Part shown: positions 40,991 through 51,370 of the stretch, piece after piece
Layout of the letters: each line of letters starts with the position of its first letter
Numbering within the stretch: position 1 is the first letter of the stretch
IMG/VR virus record: IMGVR_UViG_3300036800_000502
DNA: 64,000 nucleotides
Source of the DNA: an uncultured virus (IMG/VR IMGVR_UViG_3300036800_000502)
Lineage: Duplodnaviria > Heunggongvirae > Uroviricota > Caudoviricetes
Reading direction: 5' to 3' (one strand)
The notes under the pieces: generated by a model
Told to the model about the DNA's origin: nothing
Seen by the model: only the letters and a program-made list of their open reading frames with translations
Databases searched by the model: none
Position numbers and translations under genes: made by a program

Positions 40991-43292
40991 AACCGTCCGA
41001 GTGCGGGTTCGCCACTCCTCCGGCTGACGGCACCCGCAACCGGGAGATCATGGACCGGTTCGCCGACTTCCTCCGAGCTGCCGGCCCGCCCGCCCCCACG
41101 GCCCGGTCGGGCGTCATTGCCCATGGTCGCCGTCGGACACCGGCGGAGCGGTATCGGGTCAAGTTCCTCATGTGGCGGGTGGGGCAGGTGCCGAAGTGAG
41201 CGACGACGAGAGGATGGTGGAGATGCTGGCCAGAGCGGATCGCGAGCCGTGGAACCAGAGCCCACCTCCAACCTGGCTTGACCGACTCACCGAGGTGGCC
41301 AGCGAGGCGACATGCTGGCAATCGACTTTCGCCACCCGGAGGTTCATCGAGGACTGGACTCCAGGCACTCGGGTAGCGGTACTGCGCGTGGTTATCGCTG
41401 CGGAGCGGGTCCAGTGGCTCCGAGACAACGTGCGGTGGGGTGCTCTGTGCCCTGACGAGGACCGTGGCGACCCGGGCGGCCACGACCGGCTGCGGGACGC
41501 CCTCAAGACCCTCATGGTGCAGGCGGCCGAGCCGTGAAGTTCACGCTCCCAGCCCGAGAAGGCGAACCAAGAGCCGAGTTCTTCTCCCAGTACGGCCACG
41601 ATCTCGACACCTCCAGTGTCAAGGCGTGCTGGGCGATGTCCGGTCCGCAGAACCGAGAGGACTTACCCAACGGAATCGCAGAGGTTTTCAACGATCCGGC
41701 CGTGGTCGAAGTGATCGTCAAACGCCAGACGGAGACGGGCGTGGGTGGTCAAGTGGTTCAGCGATACAAAGCAGGGACAGACGATGCCGACTGATCCCGA
41801 GAGGCGGCCCGGCCCGCCGAAGAGAGTCCCGGCTGACCCGGAGACCTACCCCGGTCGGGGGAAGCGAAGGCCGATCAAGCAGTGCCCCAACCGCACCCGC
41901 CACTGGTTCACCGTCTACGGGATGGTCGGGATGCGCCGGCCGGATTGTTCGTCGTGCGGCGAGCCGAACCCGAAGTTCACCGAACAGGACCGCATCGAAT
42001 GGGAGGCCTACATGGAAGACCCAGTGTTCCGGGCCCGAGTGGGGCACATGGACAACCCAGTGTTCCGGGAGAGGGTCGGCGTTCACGACCGCCGTGGTCG
42101 GCAATGAGCTACGAGGGAGAGGTGATCGGCCACGTCGAAGGGATTGAAGTCCGGCAACTGACCGCAGAGGAGCGGACCCGCCGCGGCGAGCAACGGTATT
42201 GCGTCGTCGGGTACTCGCACTGGAACCCGGCCAGCTTCTTTGCTGACCATGCCGTCCAGCTCGAGCACCAAGCATCCATTTTGAGAGCCGCCGGGGCCCT
42301 GATCCAGTCCGACCCGACCCCAGGTGACCGACCGAGTGTGCCGGCGCTGTCCCCGGCCGAGACCCGCATTGCCGACTTGGAGGATGCACTCCGGGTGGCG
42401 AGGACGGAGATCGACCGGTGGGGCTTCGGCGACTTCCGCTTCGGGAACACGCCGCGGGACCCGAAGACCCTGGCCGCCCTGGCGCTCATCGACAAGGTGG
42501 TTCCCCAATGACCGACTGGGTAGAGCGACTCGGGACCAAAGCCGACGTGCAGTTGACCAACTTCGACCTCCCCCTGGTGGAGCTGATGTTGGCGGTGATC
42601 TCCGCCGCTGACGCCCTCGGGCCCCGGAGCTGCCAGCAGATCCCCGAGAAGGTGGCGTTCACCAGCGAGGAATGGGAGGCGATGAAGTGCCACGAGTGCC
42701 CGCCGTGCCGGCTGAACGCAGCCCTGGCTGCCCTCCGAGAGGCGGTAGAAAATGCCGGTTGACCCGATCACCGACGAGTACGTCGAGTACGTCCGGCACA
42801 CGCTGAAGACCCGGGAGGGCCAGCACACACCCCTGGAGTTGGTCGCAGCTCACTTGCTGGCCCGTCTCGACCTGGCCGAGGCCGTTGTCCGGGCCGCCGA
42901 GGTGATCCATACCAACATGGGGCCTTACCGTCCACCTCTTGAGTGGGACGAGTTCGAGGAGTCCTTTGCGGAGTGGCAGGGGGCGGTCATCGGCAAAGTT
43001 GGAGCTGACGGTGGCTGACCCAATCACCGACGATGATCTGGCTGGCTGGCGCGAGCCGGGAGGCGAGTACGAAGCGGTCTATGCCATCATCGCCCGGCTC
43101 GACCTAGCTGAGGCCGAAGTAGGCGAGTTTCGGGAGGCAGCGACCTTGGCCCTGGAGAGGTTCGCTGTCGTCGACGACGAGATCCGGTTCGACCCCGCCG
43201 TGTGGGAGGCCCTGGAACCGTTGCGCCAGGTGGTGGGCACACCGCCAGCCGACCCGAGGTAAACCAGCCGGATCGCCGCCCTCTATAGGGGC

Positions 43293-44360
43293 ATGAGTCC
43301 GAAGACCAGCCCCAACCGAGTCCACGCCGGCGTTCCCACCGGCGGCCAGTTCGCCACCCAGACCCGGCCCGAAGCTGTCGAGCTTCTAATTTCCGCCGAC
43401 GGGGCAGTCGCATCGGTCAGGGAGCTAGGGGATGTGTCCAATATCCACGAGGGCTCACGTACCCCGTGGGGGTCGGCCCAGTGGGTGAGCCACACCGCTC
43501 CGGGCATCGTCCAGGTCAGCACCGCCGGCCACGGCGGGGTCAAGCTGTCGCCGGAGCGGAACCGGGCCATCCCCGTCGCATTGCGGGTCTCGTCGGGCTG
43601 GTACGAGGAGGACTGCGAGGCCGGCATCGCCGTCATGTACCACCCGGAGGGGTTCCCCAACGGGTCCGACGACATGGACACCATCCGAGACCGGGCCCGA
43701 CAGTCGGTCATCGACTGGTTCCCGGGGAAGTACGAGACGGCGTTCGGAGTCGAGCTCGATACCGGGGTGTCACATCAGAAGGACCAGTGGACCTGGGGCC
43801 AGCTCCATGCCGACGACGAGAGCGTCATCTCCGCCCGGGGGTTCGGCGACGACCTGCCGGAGGGGATGGTCGCCGTCACTGTCGCCAGGGGAGGCCGCCT
43901 GGGAAGCGGCAACGCTGACGACGAGCGGGTCCTGCTGGTCCCGGGGGAGGACTACGACGACGACGCCAACAAGCACCCGCTGGGGAAGCACCACGGGTCC
44001 TTCGTCGTCGACCCGTCGAAGGACTACCAGGACATCACCCCGTCGCCGAAGCCGCCGCTTCCGCCCCGCCCCCGGTACCGTGGCATCGACACCTCCCAGC
44101 TGACCGAGAGCCAGCGGTACCGGGCCGAGCGCGACCTGGCCAAGCAGTGGCGTTTCGGCGACGGACAGGTCAAGTCGACCCGCCAGGTCATCGAGGAGGG
44201 CGGCATCAGCGGCAAGTTCTCGACTTCCCAAGGCAACGGCCGGCGGAAGTTTTACCTGTCGAAGCCCGAGGAGGCAGAGGGCGATCCCGGCCTCGGCTTC
44301 ACCTACGCCCTGGAGGTGCCGAAGGCGGTCTGGGACGCGGTGGACGCCCCAGATAAATAG
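43293..44360 (+). CDS. GGQFA-tagged protein with DUF7007-like domain
   Basis: MSPKTSPNRVHAGVPTGGQFATQTRPEA; TPWG...STAGHGG...GWYEEDCE. Confidence 0.8.
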   Translation: MSPKTSPNRVHAGVPTGGQFATQTRPEAVELLISADGAVASVRELGDVSNIHEGSRTPWGSAQWVSHTAPGIVQVSTAGHGGVKLSPERNRAIPVALRVSSGWYEEDCEAGIAVMYHPEGFPNGSDDMDTIRDRARQSVIDWFPGKYETAFGVELDTGVSHQKDQWTWGQLHADDESVISARGFGDDLPEGMVAVTVARGGRLGSGNADDERVLLVPGEDYDDDANKHPLGKHHGSFVVDPSKDYQDITPSPKPPLPPRPRYRGIDTSQLTESQRYRAERDLAKQWRFGDGQVKSTRQVIEEGGISGKFSTSQGNGRRKFYLSKPEEAEGDPGLGFTYALEVPKAVWDAVDAPDK

Positions 44361-44466
44361 CTGAACCGAGGCTGCGGGGAGGGACTTCTTACCACTTCCT
44401 GCCACTTCTTACCGCGGCCCGTCGGGACAACCGGGCGGGGTCCAGAACGCCGCCCTCATTCCCAGC

Positions 44467-45066
44467 ATGGGGCAACAGCGCCAGCGAATCATCGTGGTCG
44501 CGGGGACCGGGGTTGCCGGGTTCATGGCCGGGACCGTCTATGCCCCGCTCGCCAACGCCCTCGAAGCCGAGGTGGAGACCCTGAACGGACTCGGCTTCGC
44601 TCACACCATGCGCTCGGTGGAGACCCTGACCAAACACATCGAGCGAGGCGGTGTCCAGGTGACGCTGGTGGGGCACTCCCAGGGCGGGCTCGTCGCCGCC
44701 CTCATCGCCTCCCAACGCCCCGAGCTGGTCTCGACCGTCGTCACCCTGGGTGCTCCGCTGGCCGGGACGACCCTGTGCTCCCTCGTAGACCCGTTGTCCG
44801 GACTCCGCTGCATGAGCCGGGGATCGAGGTTGCTCGGGAAGCTCCGGCCATCGGCTCGGATGCACAACGTCGTAGGGACCGCTGACCACCTGGTGGTCCC
44901 GTACCAGTCCGGCCTTCTGCCTGGCGCCCACCACTACGTGATGGACGGGGTGAGTCACACCGGGCTGATCTACAACCACGAGACCATCCAGCTGGTGTCC
45001 GAGATCACTCAGGCCCGGACCGACACCCCTGCGGCTCCGGGCGCCCGCCACCTCGTGGCCGCCTGA
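44467..45066 (+). CDS. Alpha/beta hydrolase (lipase/esterase-like)
   Basis: GHSQGG nucleophile elbow, LGAPLAGT, DHLVVP, SHTGL. Confidence 0.85.
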   Translation: MGQQRQRIIVVAGTGVAGFMAGTVYAPLANALEAEVETLNGLGFAHTMRSVETLTKHIERGGVQVTLVGHSQGGLVAALIASQRPELVSTVVTLGAPLAGTTLCSLVDPLSGLRCMSRGSRLLGKLRPSARMHNVVGTADHLVVPYQSGLLPGAHHYVMDGVSHTGLIYNHETIQLVSEITQARTDTPAAPGARHLVAA

Positions 45067-45114
45067 CCTTCTCGCCTCCGGCGAGCCGTCCGATCCGCCG
45101 CCCTCTCTCTAGGC

Positions 45115-46635
45115 GTGAATCCCAACCGCCAGCCCCCAGGCATACCGACCGGTGGCCAGTTCGCCGGGAGGTGCAACCCGGAATCCGACATCCAGCTCTC
45201 CGCCTGCGCCCGTCCCCAACGAACCCGCTACCCGGGGCTGGTCAGGTTGGACACCGACGTCTCGGCCACCCTCGACGCCATCCGCTCCGTAGGCGGCCGA
45301 CCTATGCTCGTCGGCGGCTGCGTCCGCGACCCGCTCATCGACCCCCAGATCTCATCGAAGGACATCGACATCGAGGTCTACGGATGCTCCGACTTCGACG
45401 CACTTTCCACCGCGCTCGAGTCCGTCGGCGAGGTGGACGAGGTGGGCAAGAGCTTCGGGGTGCTGAAGGTGACCGTCGGCAACCAAGACCTGGACGTCTC
45501 GCTGCCCCGACGGGACTCCAAGGTCGGAGAGGGCCATAAGGGGTTCGACGTGCAGCCGGACGCTGACCTGTCCGAGGTCGAAGCCTCCGGGCGCCGTGAC
45601 TTCACCATCAACTCACTGATGTGGGACCCCGAGACCGAAGAGGTCGTCGACTGCTGGGGCGGCCTGGAGGACCTCGAAGCCGGGGTGCTCCGGCACACCA
45701 CCGACGCCTTCTCCGAGGATCCGCTCCGGGTGCTGCGCGGGGTGCAGTTCGCCGCCCGGTTCGGCTTCCGCCTGGCGCCCGAGACCGCCGAGCTGTGCCG
45801 GGGCCTGGCTGGCTCCTTCGCCGAGCTCCCCACCGAGCGGGTCTGGGGTGAGATCGAGAAGATCGGCAGCAAGGGGGTCCACATCACCGCCGGCCTGGCC
45901 ACCCTCCGGCAGTCCGGCTGGGACCACCACTTCCCCCAGATCACCGCCACCTACGGCGTCGAGCAGGACCCGCACTGGCACCCCGAAGGCGACGTGGCCA
46001 TCCACACCGGCCTGTCCGCCGACGCCGCGGCCGTCCTGGCCGACCAAGCCGGCCTGACCGGAGAGGACCGGTTCGTCATCGTGATGGGGACCCTGGTCCA
46101 CGACTTCGGCAAGCCGGACCACACCCAGCACGTCACCCACCCCGACGGCTCGGTGAAGATCACCTCCCACGGACACGCCGCCGGCGGCGTCCAACCGGCA
46201 GCCGACTTCTTGTCCAGCGTCGGCTGTCCCCGGCACCTGGTCGAGCGAATCACCCCGATCGTCCGAGAGCACATGTGTACGGCGTCTTCGGACCCCACCC
46301 CCGCCGCGGCACGCCGGTTAGCCCGCCGGCTGGTGCCGGCCACCCTGACCGAGTGGGCGCTGGTGGTCGGTGCCGACCACGCCGGGCGAGGACCCGCCAG
46401 CGGACCCAACCCGGCCGACGCCTGGATGGCGCTGGCACGGAAATCGGGCGTCACCGAGCGGCCGGCCAAGGGGCTGCTCACCGGGGACCACCTGATCGCA
46501 GCCGGCATGGCCCCGGGCCCGGAGTTCAGGCCGATCCTGGCCTCAGCCCTGGCCGCTCAGGACGACGGCGTGTTCGAGGACGAGGCGGGAGCTCTCGCCT
46601 GGATGGGACGAAGGTTCTCCAGCTCGTCGGCGTGA
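45115..46635 (+). CDS. GGQFA-tagged CCA tRNA nucleotidyltransferase with HD domain
   Basis: LVGGCVRD, DIDIE, RRDFTIN, EDPLRVLRGVQFAARF, ERVWGE, HPEGDV..H, HDFGK. Confidence 0.92.
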   Translation: MNPNRQPPGIPTGGQFAGRCNPESDIQLSACARPQRTRYPGLVRLDTDVSATLDAIRSVGGRPMLVGGCVRDPLIDPQISSKDIDIEVYGCSDFDALSTALESVGEVDEVGKSFGVLKVTVGNQDLDVSLPRRDSKVGEGHKGFDVQPDADLSEVEASGRRDFTINSLMWDPETEEVVDCWGGLEDLEAGVLRHTTDAFSEDPLRVLRGVQFAARFGFRLAPETAELCRGLAGSFAELPTERVWGEIEKIGSKGVHITAGLATLRQSGWDHHFPQITATYGVEQDPHWHPEGDVAIHTGLSADAAAVLADQAGLTGEDRFVIVMGTLVHDFGKPDHTQHVTHPDGSVKITSHGHAAGGVQPAADFLSSVGCPRHLVERITPIVREHMCTASSDPTPAAARRLARRLVPATLTEWALVVGADHAGRGPASGPNPADAWMALARKSGVTERPAKGLLTGDHLIAAGMAPGPEFRPILASALAAQDDGVFEDEAGALAWMGRRFSSSSA

Positions 46636-46976
46636 CCCTCGCAGGAATCCAGTCGATACCGCTTCCTCCCGATCATGGTGTTGCCGGTCCAGCGGACAGG
46701 CTCCGGACATCCCGTCGGTGACCCCTTGCGGTAGCCGTCACCCATGCTCACCATCCGCCAGCAGACACCCCGCTCGATCTGCTTGGCGTTGGCGTAATAG
46801 GGGGCCATGGGCCGAGCGTATTCGGGGGAAGCCACCGGCGCCGCCCTCATAGATGATTGCCGCTGCACCAACCGGCCACCCGAAATCACCCCTGACAGAC
46901 CCACCCGCTGGTGAGGAAATCCGGGCCCCGAGGCTCCTTTTGGGGGAACTGGCGCGATGCCGCCCTCATGGAGGGT

Positions 46977-48161
46977 ATGAGCTCTTCACCCACCCTCCGC
47001 ACCTGGGCCCCGTCGGCCTCCGACGACACCCACGACCGCATCGACGCCCAGGCGTCCCTGATCGCCAACCAGGCCGTCAGCGGTACCGTCACCCCCGAGG
47101 CCGCCCGCTGGGAGATCGCCGCCCTGGTCACCATGTCCGACATCCCCACCGACGTGGCCAACCGATTCTGCAACAGCACCCAGTACCAGGAGAAGGTGGA
47201 CATCGGCCAGTACCTCGCCGAGCTGCTGGAGACCAAGATCGTCGGCCCCAACCCCTCTCTCGACCTCGCCATCGTGGCCGGGGGAGGCTCGGTGTCCGGC
47301 TGGGCCCGAATGCTGGCCAGCTCGCAGCCCGCCATCACCTCCGCCCGCCGGTCGGTCCACAACCGTACGTTCCGTCAGATCCCTACCGACCCCCACAGCT
47401 ACCAGCACCCCGACGCCATTGCCGACCTCGACGGCTCGGAGTACGTCGGAGCCGACAGCTGGGGAGAAGACGCTATCGACGAGGATATGTCCAGCGAAGT
47501 CTGGGATGCCCTGGCTGCGTCCTACACCGAGAAGAGCCACAACATGCGGCCCAACGGCGCCGTCCACCAAATCGCCGAGACACTCTGCGGCATCTACCAA
47601 CTGCCGACCCCGGCCCGGGCCATCAACCTCACCAACCGGAAGCAGATGATTGCCAACGTCGAATCGGATCAGTTCGCTGTCCGGGACGATCTCCGGGCCT
47701 CGGCCGCCACCCAGTGGTCGGAGCACATCGGGCTGGCGGCGGTGTTCGCTGACTGGACCATCGAAGACCTCAACCGGCTGGCCATCCAGCACCCCTTGGT
47801 CAGCCAGGCCCTCGCCATCTCCGCCCTGACCCCTCTGCCCCCGGCCCGGCGAGCTGAAGTCAAGGCTCTGGGCGAGTCCCTGGCCGACCAGCTCGGCAAG
47901 CTCACCGCCAACCGGGTGGCCAAGGCCTGGGCCGAGGTCCACGCCGAGCTGACCGGTTCGGAGTACGACAACACCCGACCGGCCCCGAAGATGAAGACCA
48001 AAGCCCAGCGCAACAGCGCCCGGCGCGCTTGGGAGTCCGAGGTGTCCGCCCTGGTCGGGAAAGGCATCACCCTGCTCGGCACCACCCCCGAGGAGGTCAC
48101 CCGGTCGCTCGGGAAGGCCCTGGACGCCATCCGCCACGACGGCGACAGCCAAGCCGCCTGA
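46977..48161 (+). CDS. Hypothetical helical protein
   Basis: ATG 9 nt after motif A; 394 aa. Confidence 0.75.
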   Translation: MSSSPTLRTWAPSASDDTHDRIDAQASLIANQAVSGTVTPEAARWEIAALVTMSDIPTDVANRFCNSTQYQEKVDIGQYLAELLETKIVGPNPSLDLAIVAGGGSVSGWARMLASSQPAITSARRSVHNRTFRQIPTDPHSYQHPDAIADLDGSEYVGADSWGEDAIDEDMSSEVWDALAASYTEKSHNMRPNGAVHQIAETLCGIYQLPTPARAINLTNRKQMIANVESDQFAVRDDLRASAATQWSEHIGLAAVFADWTIEDLNRLAIQHPLVSQALAISALTPLPPARRAEVKALGESLADQLGKLTANRVAKAWAEVHAELTGSEYDNTRPAPKMKTKAQRNSARRAWESEVSALVGKGITLLGTTPEEVTRSLGKALDAIRHDGDSQAA

Positions 48162-48224
48162 ACCCGGAGCAACCCCCTCTGCCGCCCTCATCCTGGGTGA
48201 ACCAGTCGAAGGGAACGAAGACCC

Positions 48225-48719
48225 ATGTCTGATAGATCGCCAGTGGAAGTCACCCTGTACGGCGTCGCCGGCCACGAGCAAGAGATCGTCGAGCTGTTCG
48301 AGGGCTTCGGTGTCGAGTGGTCCGGCGAGCTCACTACCGAAGATGTGGTCGATGGGGTCAACGTCACCGACGACGAGTACGCCCTCGGTTGCCTGCCCAG
48401 CGAGTTCGGCCCCGCCCTCGAAGCGATGGGAGTCAGCTACTACGGCGAGCAGTCGTCTCGCTACGAGTACGCCGCCGAGGTCCGGATGTTCACCCCCGAG
48501 CTTGGGGTCTTCTGTTCCGACAGTAACGGCGAGGGCGTCCCGCTGGTCAACTCCACCTCGATCGACGACGCCATCGCCACTTACGAGGCGGCGCCGGTGG
48601 GACTCAGCTTCCTAGCGATGGTGGAGTCGACGACCAAGCTCGTGCTCCGGCTCGAAGAACTATCCGGCAAGCGCCACCGCGTCGTGTTCGATAGGTTGCA
48701 GAAGGAAGCGTCGGCGTGA
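48225..48719 (+). CDS. Acidic hypothetical protein
   Basis: Motif A at 48181, short leader; coupled to the 48716-48922 ORF. Confidence 0.7.
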   Translation: MSDRSPVEVTLYGVAGHEQEIVELFEGFGVEWSGELTTEDVVDGVNVTDDEYALGCLPSEFGPALEAMGVSYYGEQSSRYEYAAEVRMFTPELGVFCSDSNGEGVPLVNSTSIDDAIATYEAAPVGLSFLAMVESTTKLVLRLEELSGKRHRVVFDRLQKEASA

Positions 48720-48961
48720 CGGCACAGACCTACCCCCGGGTCGTCATCCGGCCCTCCACCTACCGGCGAGCGGCCGGCTTCACCGTGACCCTCTACACCG
48801 GTCCGGGGCAGTCCTGTCACCACCAGCCGAGTGTCTTCGTGGAGACTCGGCAAGCCGCCGACAAGTGCAAGATCCGGTTCCTGACCGGTGAAGAGATCAC
48901 CGCCGGCGACATGGCCGCCTGAAACCGGCCGGCGAGCGGATCCGCCGCCCTCTTCCTGGGT

Positions 48962-50023
48962 ATGGCCACCACCCAACGCCCCAACCGGGTCCACGCCGGC
49001 ATCCCGACCGGCGGGCAGTTCGCCACCGACCCTCACCCCGAGGCCGAGCTGGTGCTGGAGGATCCGGCTCCCGAGGTGCCAACGCCCCTGCGTAATCAGC
49101 ACGGTCCCGTCATCAACCCGAGCGACCCAGAGCTGGTCAGACAACTCGGTTCGGCTCTGGCTCCGCATGGAGGTGAGTCGTTTGTCACGCCCGACGTGGC
49201 GGATGATGCCGATACCAACCGCCTGGTTGTATCCGGTCATATTTGGCCGCAGAAAGTAGTCCGGGCCAAAGCCGCCGAGCACAACGCCTGTCACGAAGTT
49301 GCAGCCGACATCCATTCTCAAGACCCTTCTCGGTTCACCCATATCTACGGGTACGCCCTCACTGCCGACGACGGGATGTGGAGATCCCACAGCTGGGTCC
49401 ATGACCGCCGAACAGATCAGCTGATTGAACCAACACCTTCAAGTCGAGCAAAGTATTTTGGCGTAGCTTTGTCGGACCCCAACCGAAGCCACGAGCCACC
49501 CGAGCCGGGCCCCATGTCATCGAACAGCCCCGAAGTCCAGGCGGGCAAGGTCTACGACCGGGTGGTGGTCGAAAGCGACGGTTACTCCACCACCTTTCAC
49601 CGGCGGCGTGAGGACGTGTTCGCGGAGTGGCCCTACGCAATGCGTTTCCAGGCCAACCGGCCACTGACCGACGACGAGGCCGTCCACTTCGCTGGACTGG
49701 TTGGCTACGCCTACCGGTCCACGATCGCCGGCGAGCCCATCGGCATGGGGGAGCGGGACACCCCCTACTCGCTGGTCGTGTCCTCCGACATGACCAAAAC
49801 CCGGCGGGACGACCTCGGTATGGCTCTCGAAGAGTTCGAGGACACCCTGCCCGTCGTCGTCCGCGACGGCTCACCGGTCCGCAAGACCGACCGGGCGGGC
49901 GCCGGCACCAAGGGAACCCGGCTCATCGAAGGGATGGGCAAAGACCTCCGATTCGAGATCTACTACGACCAGGCCACCGGACACCCAGCGAGTTGGTCTC
50001 TGAAGGATGGCGTGGCAGCCTGA
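48962..50023 (+). CDS. GGQFA-tagged two-domain hypothetical protein
   Basis: MATTQRPNRVHAGIPTGGQFATDPHPEAE; ACH...GYAL...WRSHSW...IEPT...YFGV domain. Confidence 0.8.
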   Translation: MATTQRPNRVHAGIPTGGQFATDPHPEAELVLEDPAPEVPTPLRNQHGPVINPSDPELVRQLGSALAPHGGESFVTPDVADDADTNRLVVSGHIWPQKVVRAKAAEHNACHEVAADIHSQDPSRFTHIYGYALTADDGMWRSHSWVHDRRTDQLIEPTPSSRAKYFGVALSDPNRSHEPPEPGPMSSNSPEVQAGKVYDRVVVESDGYSTTFHRRREDVFAEWPYAMRFQANRPLTDDEAVHFAGLVGYAYRSTIAGEPIGMGERDTPYSLVVSSDMTKTRRDDLGMALEEFEDTLPVVVRDGSPVRKTDRAGAGTKGTRLIEGMGKDLRFEIYYDQATGHPASWSLKDGVAA

Positions 50024-50077
50024 GCTCGTAGACAGACAACTTGGGCGATCGGCGGGATCGCCGCCCTCTCTATCTGC

Positions 50078-50422
50078 ATGAGCCGCGATCAACACCCGAG
50101 CCGGGTCCAGGCCGGAGTCCCCACCGGTGGCCAGTTCGCCCCCAGCTCCCACCCTGAGTCGACAGTCGAACTGTCCGCACCACCCGCCGGGAGGTCGTCC
50201 TACGACCCGTACCGCCGGCTGGTTGGCGCCCCGTCGCCCCAGAACGAGCCGGACCAGTTCTCCAACGAGGACATCCGGGCCGAGGTCAAGTACCTGATGG
50301 CCCTGGACCGCCGGCACGGCTCCCACCCACTCCGGACCTCTGCGTGTCTGCGGCTGCTGTCGGTCATCGACGAACGGCAGACCGGGCGACCGGCCGGGTT
50401 GCCGCCCTCCATAGGGACATGA
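50078..50422 (+). CDS. GGQFA-tagged small protein
   Basis: MSRDQHPSRVQAGVPTGGQFAPSSHPES; motif A upstream. Confidence 0.8.
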   Translation: MSRDQHPSRVQAGVPTGGQFAPSSHPESTVELSAPPAGRSSYDPYRRLVGAPSPQNEPDQFSNEDIRAEVKYLMALDRRHGSHPLRTSACLRLLSVIDERQTGRPAGLPPSIGT

Positions 50423-51222
50423 GCCCCACCAACCCCAACCGGGTCCAAGCCGGGACCCCTGCCGGCGGCCAGTTCGCCGCCAAGACCAACCCCGAAGCCG
50501 GTCCGCTTTCCCGAGTGCTGTCTGAGCAACTCGAGACGGCGAAAGGTGAGGGGCTGGTGTTCTGCGCCGACTGCGAGGCCTGGTTGCAGCCATACGAGGC
50601 CGAAGCGTGCGTGCATCCGAAATCGGAAGTCGAGTTGGACCCAGCGAGCGACAGCTCCGCGCCCGACGACGGCCGGCTCCTCCCGCCTCAGAGAATCCAG
50701 GAGATCTGGGACTCGCTCCGGGGGCGCACCCGCTACGGCCCCGACTACGACCGAGGCGTGGCTTCCGCCGTGGCCGACAGTCTTCTCTTTCTCGAGCGGG
50801 AAAACGCCGCCGCAGCAACCCACTACGCCCAGCTCGCCCGCTGCCGGGCCGGCGAGATCACCTGGGACGAGTTCTGCCAGGTCGACCCCTACCGGGCCGG
50901 GACTGAAAAGGGCCAAGCCGCCCGGCAAATAGAAACCGCTGCCATCACCGCTGATGTGGGGGACGAAGTGAGCTGGGAGGTGGCCAGGGCCCTCCCCGTC
51001 CACACCGAGGTGAGCGCCGAGTTCTCGGCTACCCCCGGGCGCCACTACCGGCTGATGGCCCGAGACCTGCCCCAGATCGGCACCAAACAGGACCGTCGGT
51101 TCACCAACCTCGACACCGGATTCGAGGTGTTCCTCCCCGCCGATGGCCTGCGGCCACTGGTAGGCCGGGAGGCCGGCATCGAGCCGATGTTCACCCGCCT
51201 GGTCATCACCAAAACCACCTGA
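50419..51222 (+). CDS. GGQFA-tagged hypothetical protein
   Basis: MSPTNPNRVQAGTPAGGQFAAKTNPEA; motif A upstream. Confidence 0.8.
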   Translation: MSPTNPNRVQAGTPAGGQFAAKTNPEAGPLSRVLSEQLETAKGEGLVFCADCEAWLQPYEAEACVHPKSEVELDPASDSSAPDDGRLLPPQRIQEIWDSLRGRTRYGPDYDRGVASAVADSLLFLERENAAAATHYAQLARCRAGEITWDEFCQVDPYRAGTEKGQAARQIETAAITADVGDEVSWEVARALPVHTEVSAEFSATPGRHYRLMARDLPQIGTKQDRRFTNLDTGFEVFLPADGLRPLVGREAGIEPMFTRLVITKTT

Positions 51223-51370
51223 ACCCGGTCCGCCCTATTCGGGCAAACAAATCCGGATTTATTTGGAGAAATCCGGTGGTTTACCGACCGATCGGCGGAT
51301 TCGCCGCCCTCTACCTCATTACAACAATCCGCACCGCCTAACACCAACCTCGCACCCCAGGAGACCCACC

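Larger units (their letters stand above)
34366..43262 (+). other. Phage-like array of about 30 short, translationally coupled hypothetical ORFs
   Basis: Successive ATGA/GTGA start-stop overlaps; many CxxC mini-proteins; includes WhiB and an Ead/Ea22-like gene. Confidence 0.75.

Noticed and set aside
46557..46904. Minus-strand Cys-containing ORF overlapping the CCA gene end
   Set aside because: Possible small gene, but opposite to the local direction, overlapping and without RBS or motif support.
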